Of a stretch of DNA of 64,000 bases, positions 1 through 9,886 are shown piece after piece. This DNA comes from Gammaproteobacteria bacterium. Lineage in GTDB: Bacteria > Pseudomonadota > Gammaproteobacteria > Eutrophobiales > Eutrophobiaceae. Numbering within the stretch: position 1 is the first letter of the stretch; the number at the start of each line of letters is the position of its first letter. The notes under the pieces were generated by a model. The model was not told the origin of the DNA. It searched no databases and saw only the letters and a program-made list of their open reading frames with translations. A program made the position numbers and the translations under genes. The DNA lies in assembly GCA_965116495.1 (NCBI GenBank), contig OZ220696.1, positions 512,001 through 576,000 on the forward strand. Reading direction: 5' to 3'.

Positions 1-1
1 C

Positions 2-343
2 GCGGACAACGCGGTTGACCGGTTCAGCTACGGCGCGGTTATTTTCCCGGACGGGAGCATGCGCACGCTCGGTTTCGACCAGGTAGAGCTGGATATACTC
101 GATACCTGGCCGAGCCCCGAAAGCGGTGTAATCTACCCGTCCGCATGGCGCCTGCGGGTGCCGGCACATGGGCTCGACCTCAACATCCGTCCGGCGCTGG
201 CCGGCCAGGAACTGGCCCTGTCGTTCCGTTACTGGGAGGGCGCGGTGGAATTCGACGGCGCGTTCGGCGCAAACGAGGTAAACGGCCGCGGCTACGTGGA
301 GCTTACCGGCTACGATGCAACTTCCGCGCCGCGAACCCGGTAA
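2..343 (+). CDS. AttH/CrtC-like lipocalin-fold protein, C-terminal part (5' end outside window)
   Basis: Frame is open from position 2. WPSPESGVIYPSAW, QEL..RYWEGAV and GRGYVELTGY are typical of the AttH/Lipocalin_9 C-terminal domain. Confidence 0.8.
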   Translation, partial: ADNAVDRFSYGAVIFPDGSMRTLGFDQVELDILDTWPSPESGVIYPSAWRLRVPAHGLDLNIRPALAGQELALSFRYWEGAVEFDGAFGANEVNGRGYVELTGYDATSAPRTR

Positions 344-384
344 ACAGCAGTCAGGTTACCGGGGTAAAAATCAAGGTGCGTAAA

Positions 385-804
385 TCAGGTCCAGCCCAGC
401 TCATCTAATGCCCACGCTGAGTTCCATATTTTCACCATGCCGGAAACAAGGTCATTTTCATCGAGGGTCAGCACATAGACGTAGTGCGAGTTGGTCCGTT
501 TGTTTGTCGGCGGCACCGGTCCGCCTTCACCGGTATGGGTACCTGAAAACGTTGCGAAATACAGTGCCGTACGCGTTGCCTCATTATAGGACGATGCGTG
601 CAGTTCGTAACTGCAGCCCGGCATCAGGTTAAGCCCGAGGCCAGCCATCCATTCGGCGTACCCTTCAACCGTATTTACTTCAGCCAGGGCGTCACTCTGG
701 GCAACAAAGCCTGCGCCGGGCGCAACATATTGTTTGCAGCCGTTCCAGCCCTCAAGCCCTTCACATGCATGGAAAAAACGGTTTGCGTTGTCAAATGCGG
801 ACAT
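385..804 (-). CDS. SnoaL-like ester cyclase / NTF2-fold protein
   Basis: 139 aa with FSGTHTGEGGPVPPTNK, the SnoaL 'GTHTG..P.TGK' motif. RBS AGGAG lies upstream. Confidence 0.8.
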   Translation of the reverse strand: MSAFDNANRFFHACEGLEGWNGCKQYVAPGAGFVAQSDALAEVNTVEGYAEWMAGLGLNLMPGCSYELHASSYNEATRTALYFATFSGTHTGEGGPVPPTNKRTNSHYVYVLTLDENDLVSGMVKIWNSAWALDELGWT

Positions 805-867
805 ATGCGTCTCCTAAAGTTGATGTTTGCTCCAAGTACCAGGTTTTAATTTATCGCAACAGGTGAG

Positions 868-881
868 TATTGTATACAATA
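868..881. promoter_or_regulatory. Perfect 14-bp palindrome TATTGTATACAATA, GntR/FadR-type operator
   Basis: Palindrome seen directly. The TTGTATACAA core resembles GntR-family operators, and it lies between the SnoaL gene and a GntR-like relic. Confidence 0.55.
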
Positions 882-919
882 TCAATCAAAACGATTGGTT
901 ATACAGCGCTGCAACATAC

Positions 920-1099
920 ATGGCAACACACTGCACCGGAAGTAATACATGACCAGGAGTAAAGGTGTTATCGTCCAGTCGGAGCGTCTGCGTGGCGATC
1001 AAAGACAGGAAACCCGCTGCGGCGGTAAAAGCCTTGCAACAGTTACTGGACAGGGTAGAACAGATGCTGGAACAGTACCGCGACAGTGTGGCATCGTGA
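920..1099 (+). pseudogene. Relic of a GntR/FadR regulator (FCD C-terminal helix only)
   Basis: ATG at 920, an in-frame TGA, then SVCVAIKDRKPAAAVKALQQLLDRVEQMLEQY..*, which resembles the end of an FCD domain. Confidence 0.5.
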
Positions 1100-1153
1100 A
1101 TTCCCGCCATTGAGCGGGGTGATGTTGCGACAATTTTTTAAGGGGAAGTCACT

Positions 1154-2113
1154 ATGAAGCGCTGGCAATTCATGTATCTTGTATTTACGTTGGCTGGGTT
1201 CTGTTCACTGCAGGCAAGTGCGGCAGGGGAGGAGGATGGACAGTGGTACCCGTCCAGGTATGGCGCCGCCGACACGATCGGCGCGGCCAACAACCTGTCC
1301 CCGGAGAAAACACTTCTGGCAACCAGGCTGGTCAAACAGGGCAAGGCTGTTTCCCTGGCAATAGATACCGGCGCGGATACGCCGGCCCCACCGTTCCGCT
1401 CCTACCAGATGCACATCATGCACCCGGGTGACGGGACCGGCGCGCCGGGCGGCCCGCTGCAGGCCACTTCAAACGATGACATGATGATAACCTGGCTGGG
1501 TATCGGGACCCAGATCGACGGACTGGGTCACGCGGGCATCAACCACCGCTATTACAACGGCGTCCATGCAAGGGATTTTGTCCGCCCTTCCGGCCTGGCC
1601 AAATTCGGCACGCACGAGATACCGCCGATAGTTACGCGTGGTGTGTTACTGGATATGGCCGCATTCCTCGGCCATGACATCGTGCCGGCAGGAACCGCGT
1701 ACGGCCGCCGGGATATTGAGGGAGCAGCCGAACGCCAGGGACTGCGCATAGAACAGGGGGACGTGGTCCTGTTACATGGCGCCTGGATGAAAAACTACGA
1801 GGAGGGGGCCGGCGCCTGGCTCTGGCACGGCTGGCCGGGATTGAATGTCGAAGGCGCGCAATACCTGGCCGGACTTGGTGTCGTTGCCGTCGGAGCGGAT
1901 AATGCCGGGCTGGAGGCCTGGGACGGGACGGGCGGCGCGCCTGGCTCCGGGGTACACCAGGAATTGCTGGCCAGAAACGGTGTTTATATTATCGAGGGAG
2001 TGTGGACCCTGGACCTGGCTGCCGCCGGGGTTTCCGAATTTCTGTTCGTGCTGGGGCAACCGAGGTTTGTCGGTGCGGCGCAGATGGTGGTAAATCCCAT
2101 AGCCATCTACTGA
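1154..2113 (+). CDS. Exported cyclase-family (kynurenine formamidase-like) metal-dependent hydrolase
   Basis: Signal peptide ending QASA; motifs GTQIDGLGH, TRGVLLD, GDVVLLH, VAVGADN, HQELL. Confidence 0.85.
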   Translation: MKRWQFMYLVFTLAGFCSLQASAAGEEDGQWYPSRYGAADTIGAANNLSPEKTLLATRLVKQGKAVSLAIDTGADTPAPPFRSYQMHIMHPGDGTGAPGGPLQATSNDDMMITWLGIGTQIDGLGHAGINHRYYNGVHARDFVRPSGLAKFGTHEIPPIVTRGVLLDMAAFLGHDIVPAGTAYGRRDIEGAAERQGLRIEQGDVVLLHGAWMKNYEEGAGAWLWHGWPGLNVEGAQYLAGLGVVAVGADNAGLEAWDGTGGAPGSGVHQELLARNGVYIIEGVWTLDLAAAGVSEFLFVLGQPRFVGAAQMVVNPIAIY

Positions 2114-2139
2114 AACAGGTAAATATGCTCTATGCCGGT

Positions 2140-3387
2140 TTACCCGGCGTCCCTGTTCCAGTCCGGGTATTCCCTTAAAAACAGTAACATGGCGGCTGCC
2201 GCCACGATCAAGGCGGCATACGCGGCCAGGACGCCCGTATAAGACCCCATTGCGTCGTAACCCAGCCCCAGTACCAGCGGGCTTAAACCGGAACCGATTA
2301 TGTGTATGCCGTAAACAGAGCCGTATAGTTCACCGTAGGAGCGTGTGCCGAAGTAGCGGCTGATCAGGTAGGCGATAATATTCGGATTACCACCGCTGCC
2401 TAGACCCAGCATAACGCCTATCAGGAATGCGGCAGGCCCCACCACACCCGACAACATCAACAGGATGGAACAGACCGCGCAGGCGGAAAAGGCAATGGCC
2501 ACGTGGGGCGCAAAGAAACGATCAGCCAGGTACCCTGCGCCGACACGTCCGATAATCGTGCAAAGGCCGCTGACGGAAAACACCAGCGCCGCCGTTGATG
2601 CCGTCATGCCCCAGTCGGTCAGCATGGGCACCAGATGGATGCCGAGTCCGTTCACGCCCAGGCCGATGCCGACGAACGCGACCAGCATTACCCAGAATGT
2701 GTGTGTCTTGCGCGCCTGCGCAGCAAGCAGCCCGTAAGCCTGTTGGTCTTCACTGCCGGCTTGCTGCGCCGGGTGGTCGTCGCCGTCTGCGCGCAGGCCC
2801 ATTTCACCGGGTGTTTCCTTCAACAGCAGCCATACCAGCGGTATGGTAATCGCTGCCATGGTGACGGCCAGCCCGACGTATGCCAGTCGCCAGCCTGTTA
2901 ATTCGATGAGGAACTGTGCATAGGGGGCAACAATGGCGTTGCCGAGCCCAACACCTGCCATGGTCATGCCCAGGGCAAGTCCGCGCCTGCGGTTGAACCA
3001 GTTGGTAACTACCTTGGCGTAGGCGACCCCGCCTGTTCCGGAACCGGCGATGCCTATGCAGATAAAACTGACATACAGGTGCAGTATCGATTCGGTCAGG
3101 AAATACAGCGACGCAACAAGACAACCCAGGATCAGTATCGACGGGTACAGAACCCGCTTGGGGCCGAAGCGGTCCACCAGGCGGCCGGCTACGGGCATGG
3201 CAAAGGAGAGCGACAAGGCCGCCAGGGTGATCGCCAGGGAAATATCACCCCGTTCCCAGCCGAACTCGGCGGCCAGGGGTTTCATGAACAAACCGAGTGA
3301 CAGTATTGCTATGGGCGCAATACTCAGCGCCATGCCGGTAACGGCTGCCGACACCACCCACCAGCCGAAGAAGATCCTGTTTACCAT
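2140..3387 (-). CDS. MFS transporter
   Basis: About 12 hydrophobic segments, with motif A GRLVDRFGPK and GYLADRF. Confidence 0.9.
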   Translation of the reverse strand: MVNRIFFGWWVVSAAVTGMALSIAPIAILSLGLFMKPLAAEFGWERGDISLAITLAALSLSFAMPVAGRLVDRFGPKRVLYPSILILGCLVASLYFLTESILHLYVSFICIGIAGSGTGGVAYAKVVTNWFNRRRGLALGMTMAGVGLGNAIVAPYAQFLIELTGWRLAYVGLAVTMAAITIPLVWLLLKETPGEMGLRADGDDHPAQQAGSEDQQAYGLLAAQARKTHTFWVMLVAFVGIGLGVNGLGIHLVPMLTDWGMTASTAALVFSVSGLCTIIGRVGAGYLADRFFAPHVAIAFSACAVCSILLMLSGVVGPAAFLIGVMLGLGSGGNPNIIAYLISRYFGTRSYGELYGSVYGIHIIGSGLSPLVLGLGYDAMGSYTGVLAAYAALIVAAAAMLLFLREYPDWNRDAG

Positions 3388-4079
3388 GGGTTAGCCTTGC
3401 CGTCCTGGTTGAAGTAGCCACCCGAATCTTCACTAGCCAGGCTGGATATTACCTGCCGGACCTGAGTAACGCTCTCCTCCGGCGACAGCGGCGCGTGCGG
3501 CCCGCCCATATCTGTGCGCACCCAGCCCGGGCTGACCGCGGCGGTAATGACGCCCTGTTCCGCCAGGTCAAATGACAGGGCTTTTATGATCGAATTGCCG
3601 GCAGCCTTGCTGGCCCGGTAACTGTATTGCCCGCCGCCCGTATGGCCGGCTGATAGAGCAGTGGAGGCCTTCAGGCTGGAGATATAGACCAGTTTTTTTT
3701 GGTTGCTGGCGGCAATATGACCGATAAATGCCTCGGCAATTATCAGGATCGGGAGTGTATTGATACGGAATATCTGCAACCGCTCGGCGTAACCTGTTTG
3801 TCGAAACCCGTCCTCGTGGTCGATGCCGGCATTTTGAATGAAGACATCTATGGCCGTTCCTTCGAGTTGTGCGGCGAGCGCATGAATAGCATCGTTGTCG
3901 GTCACTTCAAGCGGGTAAATGTCACAATCCTCCCGGCAGTCTGCGCCGGTTGCCTGTAGTTCCCGGGCCTGATCAGGTTTCCTGCAGGTGGCTATGATAC
4001 GCCAGCCGTCACGCAGGTATTGGCGCACGAATTCCAGGCCAAGGCCGCGATTGGCGCCGGTGATCATGACGGTGGGCAT
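3381..4079 (-). CDS. Short-chain dehydrogenase/reductase (CsgA/sniffer-like)
   Basis: TGANRGLG, NAG, YRASK catalytic motif, PGWVRTDMGG. Confidence 0.92.
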   Translation of the reverse strand: MPTVMITGANRGLGLEFVRQYLRDGWRIIATCRKPDQARELQATGADCREDCDIYPLEVTDNDAIHALAAQLEGTAIDVFIQNAGIDHEDGFRQTGYAERLQIFRINTLPILIIAEAFIGHIAASNQKKLVYISSLKASTALSAGHTGGGQYSYRASKAAGNSIIKALSFDLAEQGVITAAVSPGWVRTDMGGPHAPLSPEESVTQVRQVISSLASEDSGGYFNQDGKANPW

Positions 4080-4110
4080 GGATTATGACTTTCGTGTGTG
4101 CGGGAAACGA

Positions 4111-4518
4111 TCAGTTCGTTTCCGGCCTGTCCTTGCCGTTCAACCAGAAGATAACCAGAAACAGAACGATCCCCAGAATTCCAAGCGTTGACCCGCCGCG
4201 GAAGATAATAACGAGCGTTTTCGTCCCGACCAATATGTCCTGCAGGAACATCCACCAGCCCAGGTTCATGAAAATGACGCCGGCAACGGAACATATCAGA
4301 TGGGACAGGGCGAGGCGGCAGTCTTTCATGGCCGGGTAGATCCTGTAAACGATGCCGTATATTGCCAGGGAGACCCAGCCAAGCAGGTTGACATGGGCAT
4401 GGATTTTGCTGTAAGCAAAATTATTCACGGCGACCATCCATAGGCCCAAGCATAAACCAAATACTGCAAATAATGCACCAGTCAGAATAAATATCCGGTC
4501 GATGTTACGCATGCTCAT
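4111..4518 (-). CDS. Small 4-TM membrane protein with a heme-copper-oxidase-like HAHxNLLGW motif
   Basis: 135 aa, four hydrophobic segments, HAHVNLLGWVSLAIYG. Confidence 0.7.
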   Translation of the reverse strand: MSMRNIDRIFILTGALFAVFGLCLGLWMVAVNNFAYSKIHAHVNLLGWVSLAIYGIVYRIYPAMKDCRLALSHLICSVAGVIFMNLGWWMFLQDILVGTKTLVIIFRGGSTLGILGIVLFLVIFWLNGKDRPETN

Positions 4519-4572
4519 GTTCCAGTCCCGTCATATTTTTGTTTACGCATTATTTTAAGGAAGCTCTGATTA

Positions 4573-4655
4573 ATTGCCGTTCCATCATTTGCAAGCGTAC
4601 TGTCGTTCCCGCTTGCACGGGAATGACGAGCTTCCGCAAATGACGGAACGGCAAT
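4573..4655. repeat. Nested ~83-bp palindrome with a dRS3/RPE-like core
   Basis: Outer arms ATTGCCGTTCC..TCATTTGC and GCAAATGA.GGAACGGCAAT enclose the inner GTCGTTCCCG..CGGGAATGAC. Confidence 0.75.
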
Positions 4656-4680
4656 GATATTGATCTGGGTTTTCAAGTAA

Positions 4681-6654
4681 TCAGTATCTCCTGTCAGGCA
4701 GCGCAAATGCCAGCACATAGTCGCCGCGTTTATTGTTGACCTGTCCGTGTCCGCCGGAAGTCAGCACGATGTACTGGCGATCGTTGACGCTGTAGGTAAT
4801 CGGCGTGGTTTGCGACCCGGCAGGCAACCGGTAACGCCAGAGTTCTTCTCCGTTGTCTATATCGAAGGCGCGGAAGTTCTGGTCGAAGGTCGCAGCGATA
4901 AAGATCAGTCCTCCCGCCGTGATGATAGGCCCGCCCATACCGGGAATACCCAGGTTCAGCGGCACGGGGATGGGCAGCCACTTTTCAATGGACCCCAGGG
5001 TTACGTCCCATTTAATCGTTCCGTTGCTCAAATCGACCGCCGTGAGTCCGCCCCAGGGAGGAGGGCTGCAGGGCGCCCCCAGCGGGGACAGCAGCATGGC
5101 CTTTTTCAGGGCATAAGGGGTCCCTTCCATCGGCTTGGCGGCATACAGGTCCAGGGTCGCTCCATCCCCGGATGACTTTTTTATTTCGTCTATCGGGATC
5201 AACTGCAGTATTTCGGCGATGCGGTTGGTATTGATCACCATCAGGTTGCGCTCCGGGTCGAACGCAGGGCCGCCCCAGTTGGCGCCTCCGCCATTCCAGG
5301 GTACGGCCGCGGTACCCTGCAGGCTGGGAGGTGTATAAATACTGCCGTGCCGCAGGTTTTCAATGGTTTCCCGGCACTTTCCCCTGTCCCAGAAAGTAAA
5401 TCCCCATGCATCTTCAGGGGTGATCCTGTGAGAGATGAGGGGAGGGGGTTTAACGGGAAACGGTTGCGTGGGTGAATACCATTCTCCCGGGACGTCTCCC
5501 CGGGGAACGGCCCGCTCTTCAATGGGGAATACGGGTTCGCCCGTTTCCCGGTGAAACACGAACACCATGCCCTGTTTGGTGTTCTGAACGACGACAGGGA
5601 CCTGTTCCCCGTCTACCGGTATGTCGACCAGCAACGGTTGCGAGCCGATGTCGTAGTCCCAGATATCGTGATGCAGGACCTGGTAATGCCAGACTACCTT
5701 GCCGGTGGTCCCGTCCAGGGCAACCAGTGAGTCCGTGTATTCGTTATTACCCTCGCGCAACCCCCCGTAATAATCCGGCGCGGCGCTGGAGGTAGGCAAA
5801 AAAACGAGATTACGTTTCTCATCGACGGCCATATTGCCCCACACGTTGCCGCTGCCGGTGGTGTAGGCGCTGTCATCACTCCACGTTGCCATGGCCGGGT
5901 CATCCGGGTCCTTGGGTATGGGATCGAACTCCCACAGCCTGGCGCCGGTGCGGGTGCTGAAAGCCTGGACTTTGCCGCTGGGCGTATCATAACGGTGGGA
6001 ATCCATGATTGCCGAACCAATCACCAGCGTATCGTTGATAATGACGGGCGGCATGAGGTAGCGGATTTCCCCGGAATAGGCCAGTGGTTTGTTTGCCGGC
6101 GCCGCTATCCAGCCTTGACCGCCGAATTCCGGGCACGGAAGCCCGGTGCGCGCATCGATGGCAAAGATTCTCAGGTCGTTGGTGCCAAAAATTATCCGGG
6201 TGCGGCAGGCGCTATGCTCGTCAAGGCTTTCATCGCTCCACGCTGCCACGCCCCGGCAGGCGTAGGGGGCCGGCAGTTGCAGGTCCATGGATACGTCCGG
6301 GTCGAATACCCAGCGTTCCTGCCCGCTGGCAGGATCAAGCGCAATAACCCGGTTGAACGGCGTACAGACGACCAGGTTGCCGGCTATGGTGACAGGTATG
6401 TTCTGGTCCTTGCTCTGGGCAAATTTGTCTCCCCGGCGCTCCACTTCCCCGGTACGGTAACGCCAGGCGATTTCAAGGTCTTCGACATTGCCGCGGTTGA
6501 TTTGCCTAAGCGACGAATAACGCGTTCCTTCCGGAGTGGCGCCATGGACGGGCCAACCCTGGTCAGTTGCCTGGACCAGGTTCATGGATAACAGACTGCT
6601 TCCGGAAATAATTCCTACGATCAGTGTCATCAGAAAATGCGCTGATTTAATCAT
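4681..6654 (-). CDS. PQQ-dependent dehydrogenase, glucose/quinate/shikimate family, with a signal peptide in place of the multi-TM anchor
   Basis: GTRYSSLRQINRGNV, CRGVA, HHDIWDYD, Trp-docking motifs. Start moved to ATG 6654 (MIKSAHF) to avoid overlap with the divergent TonB gene. Confidence 0.88.
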   Translation of the reverse strand: MIKSAHFLMTLIVGIISGSSLLSMNLVQATDQGWPVHGATPEGTRYSSLRQINRGNVEDLEIAWRYRTGEVERRGDKFAQSKDQNIPVTIAGNLVVCTPFNRVIALDPASGQERWVFDPDVSMDLQLPAPYACRGVAAWSDESLDEHSACRTRIIFGTNDLRIFAIDARTGLPCPEFGGQGWIAAPANKPLAYSGEIRYLMPPVIINDTLVIGSAIMDSHRYDTPSGKVQAFSTRTGARLWEFDPIPKDPDDPAMATWSDDSAYTTGSGNVWGNMAVDEKRNLVFLPTSSAAPDYYGGLREGNNEYTDSLVALDGTTGKVVWHYQVLHHDIWDYDIGSQPLLVDIPVDGEQVPVVVQNTKQGMVFVFHRETGEPVFPIEERAVPRGDVPGEWYSPTQPFPVKPPPLISHRITPEDAWGFTFWDRGKCRETIENLRHGSIYTPPSLQGTAAVPWNGGGANWGGPAFDPERNLMVINTNRIAEILQLIPIDEIKKSSGDGATLDLYAAKPMEGTPYALKKAMLLSPLGAPCSPPPWGGLTAVDLSNGTIKWDVTLGSIEKWLPIPVPLNLGIPGMGGPIITAGGLIFIAATFDQNFRAFDIDNGEELWRYRLPAGSQTTPITYSVNDRQYIVLTSGGHGQVNNKRGDYVLAFALPDRRY

Positions 6655-6740
6655 CTTGCAAAAAGCAGGGTGATGGCCGATAATCATTATGTACACAGAA
6701 TGCATTAATAGCAACATTACTGTTTTCGGGGAAAATCGGA

Positions 6741-9029
6741 ATGAATAACAACAACTTGAGGTTCGTTCTATCCACATTTTGCGTTTTGTTGTTGGGCTGG
6801 GGAAACGTATCGGCCCAGGACTCATCAACTCTCGAAGAGATTGTCGTCACCGCCACCAAGCGCGCAACCGTGCTGCAGGATACCGCGTACAGCGTGCAGG
6901 CACTTGGCGCCGATACCTTAAGGGAACTGGTTGCCGATGACTTTGTTGATTTTTTCAGCCAGATAACCTCCCTGTCGCAGTTTGGGGAAGGGCCCGGCAA
7001 CCGCCGTTATTCCATTCGTAACGTTCAGTCCATCGGCGAACCCCAGGTCGGTCTCTATTACGATGAAATCCCTATAGCAGGTCTTCCCGGCGACAATCTG
7101 GATTCCGGTTTTGCGCAGATGGATTTGAAGCTGTGGGATGTTGAACGGGTTGAGGTGCTGAAAGGTCCGCAAGGGACACTCTACGGTCAGGGTTCCATGG
7201 GGGGGACGCTGCGGGTAATCTCGAAACGTCCCGATACAGAGAAGTTTCAGGTTGCGGCACAGACCACGTTGTCGGATACGCGCTACGGCGGTTTTAACTA
7301 TGGCGTGAACGGCATGGTGAACGCCCCGATCATCAAGGACACTCTTGCGGTGCGCGCGGCCATCTACCATCGCGATGAAGAAGGTTATATTGACGATGTT
7401 TCGGCGACTTTGCTGGGAGTAACCCAGGAGCCCCGGGAAGATGCCAATTACGAGGAAACAACGGGCGGCAGAATCAGCGTCCTGTTTACTCCGACAGAGG
7501 ATTTCAGCCTGACGGGTCTCTATTATTTCCAGCGCACGGATACCGGCGGCCTGTTCGAAACTTTCCCGGAATTCGCCACCGGGGATGCACCTGTTGCGAA
7601 TATATTTGTCGAGGACATGTTCGACGATGACGTGGACATGTTCAATGTCATCGCCGATTACGACGGCCTGGACTGGGTATCGGCAACCTGGACCGGTTCC
7701 TACATGGAGCGCGAGGTCTCGCGCTTTGATGATACGACAAGGTTTGTTATTACCGGTGTGTTTGGCTGTAATGAATTCAATTTTTTTATCAGTTGTTTCG
7801 GTGCGCCCATCGTGCCTACAGTCTCCATGGCGGATGAATCCGTCAAGGCCTGGTCGACGGAGTTTCGGTTGACGTCCGAACACGGGGGGCCGTTCAACTG
7901 GACAGCCGGGTTTTTCTACCAGAAAAAACGCACACACAGAAACGGCCAGGTGGGGATAGTCGATGGAGTCACCGGCGCGGCTACGTTTGATGAAAACCGC
8001 GTGCTGCAGCGGCGTATATTTTCCAGGCAGAACTGGGGGCATGCGGAACAGCTTGCCTTCTTTGGCGAAGTAGGTTACGAAATTATGGATGGGCTGGTTG
8101 CGACAGTGGGCTTACGCTGGTTCGACACGGAGCGCGATGAGGATCAGAACCTGGTGCAGCCTTTCTTCGGTAATATCACCGGGTATTTGCCAACCCAGGT
8201 CTTTTCGGAAGACAAGTTAATCAAGAAGTTTCACTTGTCCTATGATATTACCGACGATGCCCTCGTATATTTCCAGGCCGCAGAGGGTTTCCGCCTCGGC
8301 GGACCGAATCAGCCGGGCGGGTTTCAGGCCTCTGCACCTCCGTTTGATTCCGACTCCCTGTGGAATTACGAGATAGGCTGGAAGAGCGCCTGGGCGGAGG
8401 ACAAGCTTATCCTCAACGGCGCAGTCTATTATATCGACTGGTCCGAAATCCAGGTTCAGCTTCAGGACAGCACCGGCGCGTTTGACTATATCGGCAACAC
8501 GGGCGATGCGGAAATCTACGGTTTTGAATTGGAGACCACGCTACGGCCGGTAACCGGTCTGGAGATCAACAGCGGCCTGACTTATTCCAAGGCGCGCCTG
8601 GACGGCGAACAGGGGATCCCGGCCGGAGGTATATTGCCTCTGGATCTGCAGGACGGGGACCGCCTGTCGAATGTGCCCGACTGGCAGTTTCATGTTTCCG
8701 CCGCCTACCGCTTCCCGGTATTCGGCAATTACGAGGGCATGTTCAGGGCCGGCTGGAACTATGTCAGCAGTTCCAATACCCAGTTGACCGATATTCTGCA
8801 GGATGGCAGCAGAAATCCCAGCTTTCACCGCAACGGCAGTTATGATCTGGCCAATATACGGGCAGGTGTTTCAGGCAACAATTGGGATGCAGCGTTATTC
8901 GTCAACAACCTGTTTGACAATGACGACACGATGGCGGCGCGTCTGGTTGACAATGAGCCAATACGCACCGTCATCCCACGGCCGCGCACAATTGGCGTGC
9001 AATTGTCATACAGCTTTGACGGTGAGTGA
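6741..9029 (+). CDS. TonB-dependent receptor
   Basis: Signal peptide, TonB-box LEEIVVTATKR, VERVEVLKGPQGTLYG, C-terminal NNLFD...PRTIGVQLSYSF. Confidence 0.95.
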   Translation: MNNNNLRFVLSTFCVLLLGWGNVSAQDSSTLEEIVVTATKRATVLQDTAYSVQALGADTLRELVADDFVDFFSQITSLSQFGEGPGNRRYSIRNVQSIGEPQVGLYYDEIPIAGLPGDNLDSGFAQMDLKLWDVERVEVLKGPQGTLYGQGSMGGTLRVISKRPDTEKFQVAAQTTLSDTRYGGFNYGVNGMVNAPIIKDTLAVRAAIYHRDEEGYIDDVSATLLGVTQEPREDANYEETTGGRISVLFTPTEDFSLTGLYYFQRTDTGGLFETFPEFATGDAPVANIFVEDMFDDDVDMFNVIADYDGLDWVSATWTGSYMEREVSRFDDTTRFVITGVFGCNEFNFFISCFGAPIVPTVSMADESVKAWSTEFRLTSEHGGPFNWTAGFFYQKKRTHRNGQVGIVDGVTGAATFDENRVLQRRIFSRQNWGHAEQLAFFGEVGYEIMDGLVATVGLRWFDTERDEDQNLVQPFFGNITGYLPTQVFSEDKLIKKFHLSYDITDDALVYFQAAEGFRLGGPNQPGGFQASAPPFDSDSLWNYEIGWKSAWAEDKLILNGAVYYIDWSEIQVQLQDSTGAFDYIGNTGDAEIYGFELETTLRPVTGLEINSGLTYSKARLDGEQGIPAGGILPLDLQDGDRLSNVPDWQFHVSAAYRFPVFGNYEGMFRAGWNYVSSSNTQLTDILQDGSRNPSFHRNGSYDLANIRAGVSGNNWDAALFVNNLFDNDDTMAARLVDNEPIRTVIPRPRTIGVQLSYSFDGE

Positions 9030-9886
9030 GCTTTTTGCGCCATATCCTGCTGTTATTGCTGGGGCTGATTATCGTTTCCGGGTCTTCAGCAGAGCAGAGA
9101 AAACCCGAAGATAACGTCACCTTCATCGTCGTCGGCAAAAAGGACCATTACCGCCAGGACGAAAACGGCAACCTCAAGTTGTTGAGTTATTTCCTGTTTA
9201 CCGATGTCGTGCTCACCCGCGACGGCAGGATGAACCATGCGACGTTCACCGCGCCGAACGGCACCCGCATGTATTACCCGGCAGTGCACGGGCGCAAATC
9301 TTCCTATGGTATGCATTTCGGCCAAAGGCGCTGGATGGACATGGCATTTCCTGACGGCGATTACCGGATCGATATCAGTACGCCGGATGGTGATGTCAGC
9401 GGTCTGACACTGAGTCTGAGTGGTGCGGATTTTCCAAAGACGGCGCTAATCACCTTGAAACAGGACGGTAAAGCAGTTCCAGTGAATTCCGTCAATCCGG
9501 ATATGGACCTCAGCATAACCTGGCCGCCGTTCAGCGAGGGCAGGGGGGACAGGAATCCCGTGCTGGAGGACATTATCTTCGTGGCGGTGCATGACTGTGA
9601 CAACAACCGCATCGGTTTTGGCGGAAGGCCCCGTGACGGCACGCCTTACCTCAATTACCAGGATACCGAATTCACCCTGAGCGCGGATAAGCTGGAAGCG
9701 GGCAGGAAATACGCCCTGTTCGTTGAACATGCGATCCTGGCGGATATCGATGAAAGCACCGGTATTTTCGGCATCGCTAGTTTTGCCCCGACCACCTATC
9801 TTGACTTTGCCACCACGGGTGAAAATAAAGGCAAGGCGTGCCCTGACGTTATGCCGCGACTTGAGCCCGGGCAGAGCGATCGGTAG
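9026..9886 (+). CDS. Exported protein of unknown function
   Basis: GTG start overlaps the receptor stop (GTGA). Signal peptide, beta-rich sequence, two Cys. Confidence 0.75.
   Translation: MSFLRHILLLLLGLIIVSGSSAEQRKPEDNVTFIVVGKKDHYRQDENGNLKLLSYFLFTDVVLTRDGRMNHATFTAPNGTRMYYPAVHGRKSSYGMHFGQRRWMDMAFPDGDYRIDISTPDGDVSGLTLSLSGADFPKTALITLKQDGKAVPVNSVNPDMDLSITWPPFSEGRGDRNPVLEDIIFVAVHDCDNNRIGFGGRPRDGTPYLNYQDTEFTLSADKLEAGRKYALFVEHAILADIDESTGIFGIASFAPTTYLDFATTGENKGKACPDVMPRLEPGQSDR

Noticed and set aside
6655-6828. 58-aa N-terminal extension of the PQQ ORF given in the ORF track
   Set aside because: It overlaps the divergent TonB gene and its promoter; a signal peptide begins at ATG 6654.
6918-8042. 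374-aa antisense ORF
   Set aside because: Shadow of the TonB receptor with no recognisable motifs.
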